A stretch of 21,903 bases of DNA from Ginkgo biloba (Eukaryota > Plantae > Ginkgophyta), in contig JANKJI020000004.1 in NCBI GenBank assembly GCA_024626585.2, forward strand, positions 160,332,887-160,354,789, read 5' to 3'. Positions 21,481-21,903 of this stretch are shown here, one piece after another; the first letter of the stretch is position 1; every line of letters begins with the position of its first letter. The translations under genes and the position numbers were made by a program. The notes beneath the pieces were generated by a model. That model did not search any database. It was not told the DNA's origin and was given only the letters and a program-made list of their open reading frames with translations.

Positions 21481-21903
21481 ATCCTCCCAAACAAGCACTC
21501 GCAGTTCAAGAGGACTAGGTTGACATTCCTACTGATGATTTGGATCCCACAATCTTACATAATCAAGTGATCCATACCCTTATTGTCACTTCGCACATCA
21601 ATCCTAATCTATCTTTGGCCTAACATAAAGCACTTTTTACCCATACCTTCTTACTTTAAAAAAATCCTTTGATGTATCTTCTTGGCGTTGGAGGTTTTAT
21701 CAAAGTGTTGCAGAAGTAATTAGATCAAACTCTAACGGGGTAATTTGATTCTGTCAAATGTAAGATCTATGTAATGATAAAATCTAGTTGTTTGTGAAGT
21801 TTTAGGATCTGACTATACATGATTTTTTAGAAAATTAATATCATATTTATGCACGCTCTTGGGGTGTGCACAAGCATGGTATCATGCTTATGTGGTGCAC
21901 TTT

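Noticed and set aside
21196-21570. 124-aa Pro-rich ORF as a host gene
   Set aside because: No recognisable domain, and the gag-like similarity lies in other frames, so it is probably incidental.

Overview
AT-rich, heavily gapped (14 N-runs, about 15 short contigs) land-plant nuclear scaffold. A gymnosperm is plausible from the TE style and an unedited mitochondrial insert, but that is inference. Most of the window is decayed repeats: Ty3/Gypsy (Tat/Ogre-like) gag and integrase remnants, an L1-type LINE ORF1 remnant, a second gag-like remnant, and about 5 kb of minus-strand remnants of a rolling-circle Rep/PIF1 transposon whose motifs look Helentron/Helitron2-like. At 2158-2700 (-) lies a mitochondrial DNA insertion (NUMT) carrying the whole nad5 exon 4 with both flanking group II intron ends. 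The only host gene is a 3-exon EPF/EPFL cysteine-rich signalling peptide gene (18707-19399, +). As assembled, one extra base inside the mature peptide removes the last two of its six cysteines. I did not find a convincingly new biological system. The best leads are the frameshifted, possibly membrane-anchored EPFL, the Helitron2-like element and the unedited nad5 NUMT.
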